Notes: a model not told the origin generated them from the letters alone. 64,000 bases of DNA from Chrysomallon squamiferum (GCA_012295275.1 CM022673.1:20832001-20896000), one strand, 5' to 3'. Positions 27,721 through 43,708 are shown, counted from the stretch's first letter. A program made the numbers and translations.

Positions 27721-30483
27721 TCTTTAGCCAATTTTTTCTCTGACTTTGTCTCTTTCTTTATCTCTTGCTCACATCCCTCTCTCTCTTTCTTTTTTCTGAA
27801 TATTTCTCAATCATTTTCTCCTTCATTTTCTTTCTCCCTCTCTTTCTATCTCTTTTTATTTATATCTATCTCTGTAACTTTCCTTTCTATGATTTATTAA
27901 TAACCTTGGATAAAATGACCACTTTGAAGTGTAAAACTATACACATTAACAACTACAGAGTTTTCACTTTCTTTAAGGAACTGATGCCACACATATTGAG
28001 ATCAACAAACAGACAGGAATTCTTTCTATTAGTGCTCGCATAGACCGAGATGGTGTGAATGGTGTTGCCTTCCTTGACCAGCTGTTACTGACAGTGACCG
28101 ACAGTGCAGGACTTTCTAACAGTGTAGAACTCAACATTTCAGTCAGTGACATCAATGACAACACCCCAACATTTAGCAGCATAACATATATGACCAATGT
28201 TACAGAAGGTGCAGCCTCATCAGGTATATTTTATTATTCTGAATTTTATGATTAAAACAAATCAATAATGATATTAATTACTATAACTACTGCAACTGCT
28301 AATAACTCTACCTATAACAACAACAACAACAACAACAGTTTTGTGTTAATAAATAAATAAATAAACAAATAAAGTTATTTCAGACCAATGATTTTGAAAT
28401 AAGGATACATATTATTTGAAAACAGTAATAATAACAATGGAAGCAATTCTTATTTGAAATTTCATATCAGCTTATCCATGTGTCTTCCATCTGACTAATC
28501 TATCTGCTTTTTAACTGTGTTTTTTGCCTATATAATCTGTCTATTAATCTGTCTATTAATCTGTTTGGTTCACACAGCAACAAAGTGTCTTACATGTATA
28601 AATTATTTGTTATTGTTGTTTTTAAAGTGATCCTTCAGATGACCTGTGTGGATGCTGACTCAGGACTGAATGGCAAAATGGGACTGTCAGTGTCTGATGG
28701 AGATGATACAGATTCTAAATTTTCCATTAGTGGATTTGATCTCACAGCCTTTTCAGAGAAAATAGACTATGATGTGCTGCAAGACAAGGACTATAAATAC
28801 ACTCTGACTGTAATAGCTGTTGACAAACCAGTCACAGGAACAGCTAAAACTGGATTAACCTTTGTCACAGTGCAGGTGAATGAATGAATAATGATTTACA
28901 GACTAACAGGATCAATGAATATTTCTATAATGACACCTTATTGTTAGTGTTGTTAGATATGTTAATATGACATTGTGTGAGAGTTGAAGCTTGTTGATTT
29001 CTCTCTGTAGATTACTCAAGAATTATTGATATATTGAAATATTTCTTTCCAATATCATATAGACATGAAAAGACATAAACGTGTTCCAAGCATTAGGATA
29101 CAACAGAAATAAGTCTCAGTGCCATTCTTTTCTTGCTGATGAATCAGTAATTCTAAAATACATTTTGCTTGATTAGCAATACATTTTATTTATAAAGCTT
29201 GATTCACAAATAAACTGTCAGCTGTGTACTTCAGAAATGTCTTATTTAAAAAGGTTTTTCTTTTCTAGGTTTTACCAGTGAATGAGTTTACTCCTAAATG
29301 GTTAAGCCCGACAACAGACAGCAATGATGAGTTTCCTGCATTAACAATCACTGAAGCTACTTTGCCAGGCAGCAACATAACACAGTTCACAGCAAAAGAC
29401 AATGATCTGGGACAGGATGGAGAGATTAGTTATGGAATCATCTCACAAGTTTCAGGTGCTGATATTCTGTATTTCAGTCTGGAATATTAACATGATATAA
29501 CAGTTACAGGAAGATTAGGTTGAAAAATCCCATAAACAATACAAATTATTCAGAAGAGAATGTGGGTTATTCTCCATACAGATCTCACAGAAAATCAATC
29601 TAATATAATATTATACTTTCATGTTTGAATCTTTTTGGGAGATGGTTAATGAAGTATTGCTTCTTTGTACGCACATTTCCAGTATTTTAACCTTTAATTC
29701 TTTTTCTTTTCTTCACTTTTATTTGGTTTTTTTCTTTTTTTTTCTTTTATTGAAAATGTTTCATTCTCTGTAATAAAGATTATTTCAATTTTATTTTAGC
29801 AACAACAAAATTATTAAATATAAAATATTATTGTTTAACAGACACAGAATTTTGAATTCCTTTTAAGTTCCATTTAATTTTAATAAACAGAGATTTTATA
29901 TTACTTTCATATAACCTGTTGTCCCATAAAGTTAGCATTGCTGATCAAAAATCACTTATTAATTTTAATAAATAAAATAGTATTGAAAATTTTCCTTTGT
30001 TCTTCTATAGAAAAGGGCACATCAGAGACAATGTTTACTATTGATCAGCTCTCTGGTATTCTTCGAGTCTCCAGGCAACTTGATGCAGACTCTGTGACAG
30101 GGGGAGTTGACTATTACATTCTCACAATCAAAGCTGAGGATGGTGGCAGCATTCAGTTCAGTACTACAGGAACAATGACAATACATCTTGAAAACATCAA
30201 TGACAATGCTCCAGTTCTTACAAATTATCAGGACACCTTTGAAGTAGCAGAGAACACATCTGTTGGTACAGTTATTGTAACCATGACAACATCAGACTAT
30301 GATGGAGACAACATTTCTTTGTCTGTGGTTGGTGGTGATCTGGAGTATTTCACTGGAGATGGAAATCAAATCAAGACTCTGAAGACTTTGGATTATGAGA
30401 GTCAGCAGTGCTATACAGTTGTGATCAGGTTCATTTCAATATTTAAATTAACATGAATGTCTTCCATCAGTTTGTTTCAACTC

Positions 30484-30521
<38 letters not shown>

Positions 30522-30566
30522 ACACACACACACACACACAAACACACATAATAATAATAATAATCA

Positions 30567-30605
<39 letters not shown>

Positions 30606-32572
30606 CATAATAATAATTGTATTCAGACTGTTATGAAATTTAATACACTAATAAGATGATAATTATTTTGTTACATCTTCCAGCATGTCAGATGGGAAAT
30701 ACTCAAAGAATTTAACTCTAACAATATCAGTGACAGATGTGATTGATGAATCTCCAGTTTTACATGTCTACAGTCCACTGACTGTACTAGAGGAACTTCC
30801 AGTTGGAACTGTCATAGGAACAGCCTTTTACACCACTGACTCTGACAGAAATGATGAACTGACATACTTACTGACTGGTAATCATCCTGATAATAATAAC
30901 TACCATTGTTTTCATAATTACTATTACGGTTAAGAATCATGTATAAATTTACATTACTATTAATGAAATGGAATCTTATCTTATAATACTTATAATATTT
31001 CAATATTTACTGGAGACACAACAAGAGTGTCTCTAAGCCATTTTTGAAAAGGTCCATGATGTAGTTTTATTTGTAACATTTTTGATCAAGATATATTATT
31101 AATATGTCTTAAAACTAAATAATACAGCCAGTGCTGCATACTAACCTTGATGCACATTATTGCCACGTTTCAAAGTGATTTAATGTGTTATGTATTTGTC
31201 ATTATCATTTAATTCTCATTTCTTAGATTTTAAATTCAAAATGTCACACATTTTCATTCGTTAAAATATTAGGTAACTATTTTGAAAAATACAGGCAGAG
31301 ACATAGGGATCTTTGATATAAACAAAACAAATGGTTTACTGTCGGTAAAAGACAGAATTGACCTTGAAGGAAACAGTGCTGTGTCATCACTGGAGATCAC
31401 TGTCACTGTCAGAGATCAAGGAGGACTGACTGACAGTGCAGATCTCATCTTCACAGTTCTGGATGTGAATGACAACTCACCAACATTTTCACAGTCAGTG
31501 TACACAGTGAATGTCACAGAAGAGACACTAGTATCAGGTATGTTTAGTATATTAGGAGCTGCTGGTAGGCCAGTGGTTAGAGTGCTTTGTCAGGGTTAGA
31601 TGTTGCTGGATTGAGTCAACTTGATGAGTTCATTTTCTTGTCTGTGTGAAGGTTCATATTGTTGGTTTTAATTAATCATGGCTTGGCAGCAGATAGTTCT
31701 TTTATTTATTATCATCTCTGTATAAGATTATATATAATATGGTTGTTAAACATTTAAATTTGCTTCCTTAAAAAAGTATTTGACTATTTATACATTATCT
31801 ATTGTCTGAATGTTTTTCTACATCAAATGATATTCATTATTTGATTTTAATCTGTGAGGGTTATATTAAATTATTTCATTAGCTTCAAACAGTTTTTGAT
31901 TATAATTAGTACAGTCAAAATGCAGAATAGATAATTTATCAAATTGTACTATATCTATTTTGCATTCTAACAAAAGGTTATAAATGTCATTCATTCATAT
32001 TTCTTTTTCAGAATAACTAATTTTGAGTTTGACTGTTCAGAAAATTGACCACCAAAATGTTATAATTCATGAAAGTTTTGAAATTAATAATAGATAATAA
32101 ATCTATTTATCTTTCAGAAGAACTGTTAGAGTTGAACTGTTCTGATTCAGACTCTGGAAACAATGGTCAGTTTACTGTGTCAGTGTCAAGTGGAGACTCA
32201 AATCAAATATTCACCATCACTGGAACTAAACTGTTTGTTGATGGTTCTAAACTAGACTTTGAGTCTTTGACTGATCAGGATTACAGAATCACTCTTACAG
32301 TGGAGGCTGTTGATTCTCCTGATTCAGGTCAAGCAAAGACTGGAGTCACTGTTGTTTTGGTTCAGGTATGTCTTAGCAAATAATTGCCACTGATGAAACA
32401 AAGATGAATTTATTATAAATGAAGTTCCTTTTACATTTATAGATTGTGAAAAATATGTTACAATATCCATGCAAGAAGAGTTTGAATCTGACTCACAACA
32501 TGTTAAAAATGCATCAGCTACATCTGCAAAACTATGCAGTGTTAAAACAATTCTTTATAAAATTGATGTATA

Positions 32573-32606
<34 letters not shown>

Positions 32607-35600
32607 ACGGAAAAAAAATCTATACATCATCCACAAATAAACAACATAAACTAGGAATTAACATCAAATTTAAATGAAATGAAATGGATAAAAGTATTAA
32701 TAAATGTGCACTGTACTTAAATAAATAAATAAACAGTGCAAAGCTTGATTGATATATTTTCTAGAATATAGATTCAAATCATTTTAATCGCTAGGTCCTA
32801 CCACTGAATGAGTTTTTCCCTGAATGGACACACCCTGCCTTTGATCCATCCAGCAACTCTTTTAGAGTTGTTACCATCAGAGAAGATATTTCAGCTGGAG
32901 AGAACATCACTAAGTTTGAGGCAGAAGACAAAGATGTTGGGTCAGATGGAGACATAATCTACAAAATATTGTCAGTCACAGATAGTAAGATATTATTTAT
33001 TATTGCTAGTATAATCACATTATAATACATCACAGTATATCATATCATGTCACATCACACCATATATAACATACATTACATTTGCCAATAATTTTGTTTG
33101 ACCTATATTTTATTGCTTATTTTTGCTGATAAATCACATAAATAGTTAATACATTACCTGCTCAGATTATATTAGACTAGTTATCTTTTTATTTTTACCA
33201 TAAGATAGTTTTATACTGTTATGCTCCTACTATTACAAATAGTTACTACATACATTCCACTATTATCATTATTATTACTATGAACAGCAGTAACAACAAC
33301 AACTATAATGATGATGTTGATGACATTGCTTAAAATTTGTTAAGAAGAAGCAGTAAAAGAATATACAATCTTAGAGAAATGTTTAAAATTAAAAACATAA
33401 ATAAATAAAACAGGATAAAAAAAAGAAAAAACGTCAACAAAGAAATTATTATCAATGACACTGACATCAATTACTTTTTTAGATACTGGCAGATCCTCTC
33501 CAGACATTTTCATGGATTGATTCCTCTTCAGGAATATTCTATGTAGTTTCCAGTCTGGACAGAGACTCTCTGACTGGGGGAATTCCATACTACAACATCA
33601 CAGTCATTGCCATGGATTCTGGAAGTCCTGTGAAGAATATTACTGGAACATTCCAGATTGTTCTACAGAACATCAATGATAATGCTCCATTACTTGAAGA
33701 TTTTGAACCAGGGATAGCTGTGTCAGAAGACATTCCAGTGGGGAGTGTGATCCAAACACTGAATGTCGTTGATGCAGATGGAGATAATGTAACAGTTATT
33801 GTAGTTGCTGGGGAAACAGAATATATCTTGATTGAAGGAAACAGCATGAAGTTGAACAAAGCTTTGGATTATGAAAAACAACAATGTCACACTTTGATAA
33901 TCAGGTGCAGTGTGTTATTAATGCTAATTTATATTGCTCCTTTAATAGTGTAAAGATAATATCATTTAACTAAAAAAAAAATATACATTTCAAAAATTAA
34001 AAGAAACAATTATTTGAAAATATAATATTAATAAACAAAAACAAAAATTTCAAAAAAATATAAAATACATACATAATGCACCATTAAAATGTTTTGCAAA
34101 AAAAAAAAAAATATAATGGAGCAATTAATAAACATTTTGGTACCAATCAAATAAATAAATGAAGTAAAAGTGAACTTAGTTTTTATAAAAACAAGATCAC
34201 ATCTTAAGTAAAAGTAGAAAGTTTAATAATCATAAAAAACTAAATATAAAATCTTTATTGAAGTATTTGAGGATTTTGATAAGTAGACAAGTGCTATAGA
34301 ATTACTGTTATGTTTCTTAATGAATGTGAACCTTTTCAGATGTACAAACAGTGAAATACATGTTATCTGTTTATTTTATACAAATGACAGATTTGTATAT
34401 CCTCATCTTATTATTTCAGTCTGACTGATGGAACACACAACACAAATGTGACTTTCACCATCACAGTAAAAGATGTAAATGAGGATCCTTCCATCCATGT
34501 CATTCCCTCACTGACCCTGTTTGAGGAACTGCCAACAAAATCAGTTATAGGTGGAGCTTTTTATGTTACAGATAATGATGTAGATGACACACATATTTTC
34601 AGTGGGTCAGGTAACAGTTTTCTTCATTTTAAAAAGGAAAAAAAAAAAAAACAGTTATTAGTTTTTATTTTACACTGAAATGAAAACTTAAAATTGAATT
34701 ATTCTATTTTAAAGGTCGTGATATGTCATACTTTGACCTCAACTCAACCAATGGTTTACTGTCAGTAAAAGACAGAATTGACCTTGAAGGAAACAGTGCT
34801 GTGTCATCACTGGAGATCACTGTCACTGTCAGAGATCAAGGAGGACTGACTGACAGTGCAGATCTCATCTTCACAGTTCTGGATGTGAATGACAACTCAC
34901 CAACATTTTCACAGTCAGTGTACACAGTGAATGTCACAGAAGCAACTTCAGTCTCAGGTAAATAAACAAAGTGATAAACATAATTTTAACATATTTTTAT
35001 TTATAAGTAGTCTGTTTTGTTTATACTAATTTATTTGACCTAATGCACCTTGAAATGGAAAATTAGTAATATTTCTAATATTTTGTTATAGAAGGTGCTG
35101 CTAATTAGGCAAACAAGAAACTGTTTTACTGAGAGAAAGTAATTATGAAAACTGAAATATTATAATTCATGGTACTTTTGAAATTGATAATAGATAATAA
35201 ATCTATTTAACTTTCAGAAGAACTGTTAGAGTTGAACTGTTCTGATTCAGACTCTGGAAACAATGGTCAGTTTACTGTGTCAGTGTCAAGTGGAGACTCA
35301 GATCAAATATTCACCATCACTGGAACTAAACTGTTTGTTGATGGTTCTAAACTAGACTTTGAGTCTTTGACTGATCAGGATTACAGAATCACTCTTACAG
35401 TGGAGGCTGTTGATTCTCCTGATTCAGGTCAAGCAAAGACTGGAGTTGCTGTTGTTTTGGTTCAGGTAATAACTGGAATGTGTCATTAATATACTGGTTT
35501 CAGAACATAACATAATCGTGATTATACTGAAAATAAAGAAGGTAACATCATCAACAGTGACATCAAAAACTGTAACAAAAAATAACATTGTAATGATGAT

Positions 35601-38600
35601 GATGATGTTACCTTCTTTATTTTCAGTATAATAACAAAAAACACTAATTCTAATATTACTACTCTACAACTACCACAACCATTATCAGTAATAATAATAA
35701 TAATAATAATAGTTATGATGGTGATGATGATGTTGACATTAATATTATTTGCTAGGTGTTACCACTAAATGAATTTGCCCCAGAGTGGATGGCACCATCA
35801 TTTGACATGTCGACTAACAACTTTGTGTCTCAGACTATCAAAGAAGATGCTTCTGTTGGTACAAACATCACTACTTTTAAAGCTACGGACAAGGACATGG
35901 GTGCAGATGGCGATGTTGTCTTCAGCATTGTTTCTATCACAGACAGTAAGATATTTAACACTAAAATTTATTTATAACTAATTAACAAATTTTATTATTT
36001 ACAACTCCAGGATTATCTCTCTGTTTGTCTGCCTACCTGCCTTCTTGCCTGACTATTTATCTACACACACAAAAACACCCCAGAAACAATCATGCTACTC
36101 TTTGCTACTAAAATAAAATAAAATGGAAGGACAAAATATTGTTAACAACTATATTTACTTAGAATTTTTAAATATTTTTTTATAAGAAATCTATAAAATA
36201 TTCATGTATCCATATAACTTAATAATATATTTCTTTTAAGTCATCTAGACAGATCTGAATCAATGAGTTAATGCTCATAATATTACAACATCATATTTTT
36301 TCTAAACCTGAAAACAAAACAGACAGATCTGAATCAATCTGTTAATGCTCATAATATTACAACATCACATTTTTTTTCTAAACTTGAAAACAAAACTAAA
36401 TAATTTAGTTTTTTGCAGGTTCAGGTGCTAGTTCTTCAGCTATATTTGTCATTGATTCATATTTTGGAATGCTGCGGGTAGCTTCCTCTTTGGACAGTGA
36501 TGCATCTACTGGTGGAGAGGCTTACTACAACGTCTTAGTGGCAGCAACAGATTCTGGGTCAGTGGTAAAAAGTGTGACTGGGACACTTCAGATTATTCTG
36601 GAAAATGTGAATGACAACATCCCTTTTTTAGAGAACTTTGATCCTTCACTTACAGTTGCAGAAAATACACCTGTAGGTAACATCATCCTCACACTTACTG
36701 TTGTTGACCACGATGGTGATGATGTTGCAGTTTCAATGGTTGGTGGTGATGACGTGTATTTCATGATCAGTGGCAATAATGTCAAATTAAAAAAGGATTT
36801 GGATTATGAAAAGCAACAGTGTCATACTGTAGTTTTCAGGTAAAAGTTAAAACAGCACCAGTGAATATTTTAAACCAGTTTATTTTACTATATGTTTTGT
36901 TATATCTGAATCACACATGTTTGATATTTAAAAGAAATGGAAATGATTAAACATTTGATCTCTCTCTCTCTCAACCTCTCTCTTGTCTTTTTCTGTCCAT
37001 GCAAACTTACCCTTTCTGTCTTTGTCGCTCACATACACTAACCTAGAGATACAAAAATTATTGTCAAAGAAAATAGTCACTTGTTACATACAAATATGTG
37101 AATTTGTCTTTAAATTTGACAACTTCAATGCTTAAAAACAGTTATAAAAAAATAAAGTATATTTGTTTATTTGATATTTTTACCACATAATATCTCTAAT
37201 TTTGAGAGTTAAAACTGTTTTGAGATTGAAGGGATTCATAAAGAAGCTAAAACTTGCCAAGTGAGTAAGCCAATACAAACTCAAGTTGTTCTTCATGTGA
37301 TGTTGATTTTCCAGTTTGAATGATGCAAAGCACCAAGATAATGTCACATTAACAATATCAGTTGTGGATGTAAACGAGGGTCCTGTCATTCATGTGTTTA
37401 CACCACTGACTCTGCCTGAAGAGTTGTCTCTAGGAACTTCTGTAGGTGCTGCATTTTATGTTACAGACAGTGATGAAGGTGATATCCACACCTACAGTCT
37501 GTCAGGTACTTATATATCTTTTGTTCAAAATTTAAAATGTCACAAATTATGCTCTATGTAAATTTAGAAAGCTGTGAAGTTCTTGTGCAAAAATAGATTT
37601 TCATTGCAGTGACCTATTAAGACTGATGTCTTTATTTTCTTCCTTTTTCATTTCTGTATTATTAAAGAATATATTTACATATGCAGAGCTTTACTTTTAA
37701 AAGAAACAAATTAAACTCCCAGAATTCTGGACATATTAATTATATATCATAAAAAAGAGGAAAAAACAAAAACAACAAAGAAATGAAACAGAAACCTTAA
37801 AATTGAATTATTCTATTTTAAAGGTCGGGATATGTCATACTTTGACCTGAACTCAACAAATGGTTTACTGTCAGTAAAAAACAGAATTGACCTTGAAGGA
37901 AACAGTGTTGTGTCATCACTGGAGATCACTGTCACTGTTAGAGATCAAAGGAGGACTGACTGACAGTGCAGATCTCATCTTCACAGTTCTGGATGTGAAT
38001 GACAACTCACCAACATTTTCACAGTCAGTGTACACAGTGAATGTCACAGAAGCAACTTCAGTCTCAGGTAGAAAAAACAACTCAATAATGAACATTTTTA
38101 CATGTATGCCTCTTCTCTGTTCACTGTACAAACTGATTTATTTGAAGTAATGCATATAACCATGCAAATATTGTTTGGAGAAATGGCTCAACTATTTTTA
38201 TGTTTATCTGAAACTTTCTTACTTTGAATTTTGGAATGGTCTAATTAAATATAACAGATCTCTTTGTAAGATTATCAATAAATTTCTTTTTTCAACAATT
38301 TATCTAAGAAACCAAAACAACATAACTAAACTTATTTTAATCTGAAAGATTTTCTTTTTTTCCTTTTTATTTTTATTTTTATTTATTTAAATTATTATTA
38401 TTATTATTATTATTTTTTTTTGTAGTTTTGGAAAAGATTGATTTAATTTAACATATAATTTATAAAATTATAAATAAATTTCATTTATCAACAATGAATC
38501 TAAAAAATTTTTTAAAATATTTGTCAGTTACATTATCTTCATTTCAGAAGAACTGTTAGAGTTGAACTGTTCTGATTCAGACTCTGGAAACAATGGTCAG

Positions 38601-41600
38601 TTTACTGTGTCAGTGTCAAGTGGAGACTCAGATCAAATATTCACCATCACTGGAACTAAACTGTTTGTTGATGGTTCTAAACTAGACTTTGAGTCTTTGA
38701 CTGATCAGGATTACAGAATCACTCTTACAGTGGAGGCTGTTGATTCTCCTGATTCAGGTCAAGCAAAGACTGGAGTCACTGTTGTTGTAGTTCTAGTAAG
38801 CTAAAATACATTTCCTATTGTCTCAAATGATTAATTTTTTTGCAATTTAGCACCAAACCTTTGCTAACAACAAAGTATAAAAGTAAAATAATATGTTAGT
38901 GAGAATGCAGGCAAGAAGGACTTTTATTTTTTTCATGCAGAGAAAGGAAATCTTTGAACAGTACATTTTTGAAAAATTCCTAGATATTCATTGCATTTCT
39001 CTTATACACAATTGATGTCATAATAGAAAGAAATTAAAATTAATTAAAAAATGTATAAAATGTTTTCAGGTGTCACCAATGAATGAATTTCCCCCTGTTT
39101 GGGCCAGTCCAAGTTTTGACACAAATAAAGAGACATTTCCAGACAAAAGAGTCAAAGAGAACCTGAGTCCTGGGTCTAACATCAGCACCTTCCAGGCAAC
39201 TGATGATGACCAGGGCAGAGATGGAGATGTTACTTATCTAATTCTGTCAACAACAGACAGTAAGAATTTTAACATACTTTTAAACATCACACCTTAACAA
39301 TTTATTGTGTGATAAAATTAACCTCAAACAAAATTTTATTATCATTTTATTATTTTTTTTAAAAGAAAGGATTTGATTGCAGTTCTCAAGATGATGCTAG
39401 TTTGTTTTGCTTTTTATTAATTAATTAATTAATTAATTAATTTAATATTCATTTATTTGTTTGTTTATTACTTCCTCTTACATTATTTTTCAGACACTGG
39501 AAAACAGCTCACAAATATTTTTACATTAGAAACAAACACAGGAATTTTACATCTCTCAACCACACTTGATAGTGATGTTGCCACAGGTGGTGTGGACAAT
39601 TACACTGTTGTAGTTGCTGCTGTTGATGGTGGATATCAGCAGAAGAGTGTTACAGGTTCTGTCATTGTTCACATAGAAAACGTCAATGATAACAAACCAG
39701 TTTTACAAGATTTTCAGAGCACTGTAAACGTGTCAGAAGCAGCTGTTGTAGGTGATATTGTTGCCGCTCTAACAGTTGTCGATTTTGACATAGATGACAA
39801 TGTATCAGTGTCTGTTGTGGATGGAGATGTCCAGTTATTTAAAGCTGAAAGTAATTACATCAAACTAGCCAGAACTCTGGATTATGAATCTGTTCAGTGT
39901 CATTCCATTGGGATCCAGTAAGTATTTTAATTTATACAGAGACACCTCAGTGAAAATAATAACTTATCTGAAAATAACATAATACTGGAATCTCAGTTTG
40001 CTCAGTTCAATTTTATTTTTAACTTTATTGTTTAACAAGTACATTGTGGTCTCCTGTGTTGTTTAGTTTTATGAAAGTCAAAACATTTTAATTTATTATT
40101 CATATTGTTTCAAAATTGTTTTCTTTTTCTATTATTCTTTAATTTTCTACTATAGTAGTTATCTTGTCATCATCAATTTTTATTATTTTTATTGCTATTG
40201 CTGTTGTTGTTTTTATAATAATAAAAATAATAACAATAATAATAATAATAGTGATAATTATTAATATCATATTATTATTATTATTTAGTATCAGTGATGG
40301 GAAACATGATCAGAATGTTACTCTTACTGTTCACGTCACTGATGTAAATGATAACTCACCACAACTCACAGTGTACTCACCAATACTTCTACCTGAGAAA
40401 CAACCTACTGGAACCAAGATATGTGGCCTATTTTCTGTAACTGATGCTGATGTGAATGATACTTTGACCTTTACCCTATCTGGTAGGCATATTCAATTTT
40501 TATTAGTAAATGTATTATTTATATTGTAACAGTTGCAAGAGACAAAACTTTTGTAATTTTTCATTATACCTATTTTATAACTGCTATCATAATGAAGGTT
40601 AATAAGAAAGAGATTTTGACTCAGGATGATTGTTCAGGCAATCTTGATATTGTCCATTCAGTTAGAAACTGGATGAAGCTCTGTTCTGATATTGATAGCA
40701 AATCTGTGATAGTTTACTGGATTAATCTTTTAAGTTAAGTTGACCTTGAATAAAAGACATAGTGAAAAATTATCAGTTTTTTGAGGTGTCATTAAACAAA
40801 TATTATTTTCACATTTTTATTTTAGGCAGTGAAGCCAGATATTTCAGTATTAACCATACTAGTGGAATTATAAAACTGAAGGAAGTACTTGACAAAGACA
40901 AAATTAATTCTACAATAGAAGATGTTGTGCTGACAGTAACAGACTCAGCAGGGAATACAGACAACAAAACTCTGACTTTTGACATTCAGGACATCAATGA
41001 TAATTCTCCGGTGTTTTCCCAGTGGATCTACATCATTAATGCAACTGAAGGAAAAATTTTAAATGGTATGTTAAGCATCAAAACATTGTGAAAATATCCT
41101 AGTCTAAATAAGAGGTTTTCTTTTTTGTGTATACTCCATGAAACAAAACATTCTGAATTTAATATTAAATCAAAACACTATCTGAAGTAAATGAAACATA
41201 AAGTTTATAATACTGAAGAAAAAAAAATTAAACATTTAAAAAAAATAAAACTTCAGTGAAAATTAATTTAGTTTTCCTTTTAGTGATGGAAAACGAGGAC
41301 ATGCAGGAGGCAGTGTTCCAATTCATTTCAATCAATCAAAATTAACTTTCTCAAAATTCTCTTTCCTAACCTCAGCCTAATGACTTTAGTGTATCCTCAG
41401 TTCCTAAAACCCACTTCCATCACTGTTCCATTTACTTTGTCTGCTCACTCACTGAAACACTTGTTATGTTGTAGGTCCTCTCTTGACTTTTGATGTTACT
41501 GATGGTGACTCTGGTGGTAATGGTGAGGTTTCACTGTCTGTTGATGACGGTGATGATGTCAACCCATTATTTACTATTTCTCAGAAACAGCTGTATGTAA

Positions 41601-43570
41601 ACAGCAGCAGACTAGACTATGAAGCTCTGAGGACTAAGGAATATCTTCTCAGTGTCAGAGCCAGTGACTCTCCACTGACTGGACTGGCTAGAAGCAGCTT
41701 TGCAATGGTTGTGGTAAAGGTGAATGTTTTAACTCATAAATCTAAAATAATTTTTATTATCAGATTAATATGCAAGATAGGTTCGTAAGTTTAGGAAAAG
41801 AGATTGACATTATTTTTGTAGATACTAGTTTCTAGATTAAATGTGTTTCATTACTGTGAGAAAAAGAAAATTAATTAATATATAAAAAAGGATACACTTA
41901 TAAAAATTCAATTACAGTAAAAATCTGTATGTAATAAATAATGAATGTTTATATTGTTTCAAATAAAGATCATTAAAACAAATATTAATGGTTCTTTAGA
42001 AATGTCTATAATTAAAAACCACTTGCCTTTATTGTTGTTGTTGTTGTTGTTATTATTATTATTATTTAAATTACAAAATTAAAATTAAAATACATTCTTT
42101 TACAGGTTTTGCCACTAAATGAATTTACACCTGAATGGGTAAGTCCTACACCTGATGCTACTGGAATGTTTCCAAATCTAACCATACCAGAAAACATCTC
42201 ACTGGGTTTCACAGTAGCAACATTTAATGCTTCAGATGATGATGATGGGGAAGATGGCATGATAGAATACAGCTTAGTGACAATCATTTCAGGTAAAAAA
42301 AACCAACAACATTAATATCTTTTTTCTAATAAAAGTTTTGAAATATATCTTTCTTTATCAACAAATGCAGTATAATATTTATTGTTCTTATTACCCAGAT
42401 TCTGGTGTCAGTGCAGATTCCAAATTCAAAATAGATCCAACCACAGGAACAATACATTCCAGTGATTTTCTCGACAGAGACCTGGAAACTGGAGGTGCAC
42501 AATTTTATGATTTGAAACTGACAGCAAGAGACCGAGGAAATCCCAGTAAAGAGGTACAAGGAACTGTAAGGATATATCTAGAAAACATCAATGATAATAA
42601 ACCACAATTCCAGAACGCAGTGGACAGGATTGATGTTTTTGAGAGTACAGCTGTAGGGCAGACAGTCTACTCAGTCACAGTGACTGACGAGGATGGTGAT
42701 TTTGTAAACATCAGTGTACTGAACTCAGACAAACTCAGGAGTTGATGGGAAGGATGTTAAAATAGTTAAGAAATTTGATTTCCTTACAGATAAATGCATG
42801 TCTTTCACAATCAAGTGAGTTAATTTTGAATCTCAGCATTCTTAAAATCTTCACTATCAATATTAAAAAAAAATATATTAAATACATTTTAAATATATTT
42901 TTTCCTATAATAACTAACAGACATAAATTATGAAATAATATGTATTAGTTAAAAAATTAACTTTAAATTGCTTTGGTCTTAATATCAGTGATGATGCTAT
43001 TTAGAGATGAGAGATGATATGAATATGAAATAACTAAACACAGTGAATGTGTGCCTGCTCAGACATAAAATAGAAAGAGCAGAAAAAATCCCTATAGGCT
43101 ACTTAAAAACAAACATCAATTTTGTAAAATAGTAGCAGTAGCAGTAATAACAAAAACAACAACAACATCAATAACAATTATAATAAAACAGATACATTCA
43201 GTAATGTATTAATGTATGTTTTTAACTGTGTGTGCCAGTGCTAGGGACGGTATCTATGAAACAAACATGACACTGTTTGTCAACGTGGTGGATGTTGCAG
43301 ATCAACCTCCACTGCTGGAAGCTGGATCCACAAGATGGATACAGGAAGAACTCGCAGTGGGATCTGCTGTGTGTGGACTCTATTACCTGACAGATGCTGA
43401 CACCAATGACACACACACCTACACACTTGAAGGTGAGTAAACGTATTCAAATAAGATCTATGGAAGAATACATACATACTTACACATACGTACATACATA
43501 CATAATATACACACAGACAGATAGAAGCTGGATACATAGACTGATAAATAGATAGATAGACTGATAGATT

Positions 43571-43604
<34 letters not shown>

Positions 43605-43674
43605 CTGATAAATTGATAGATAGACTGATAGATTGATAGATAGACTGATAGATAGATAGATAGACTGATAGATT

Positions 43675-43708
<34 letters not shown>

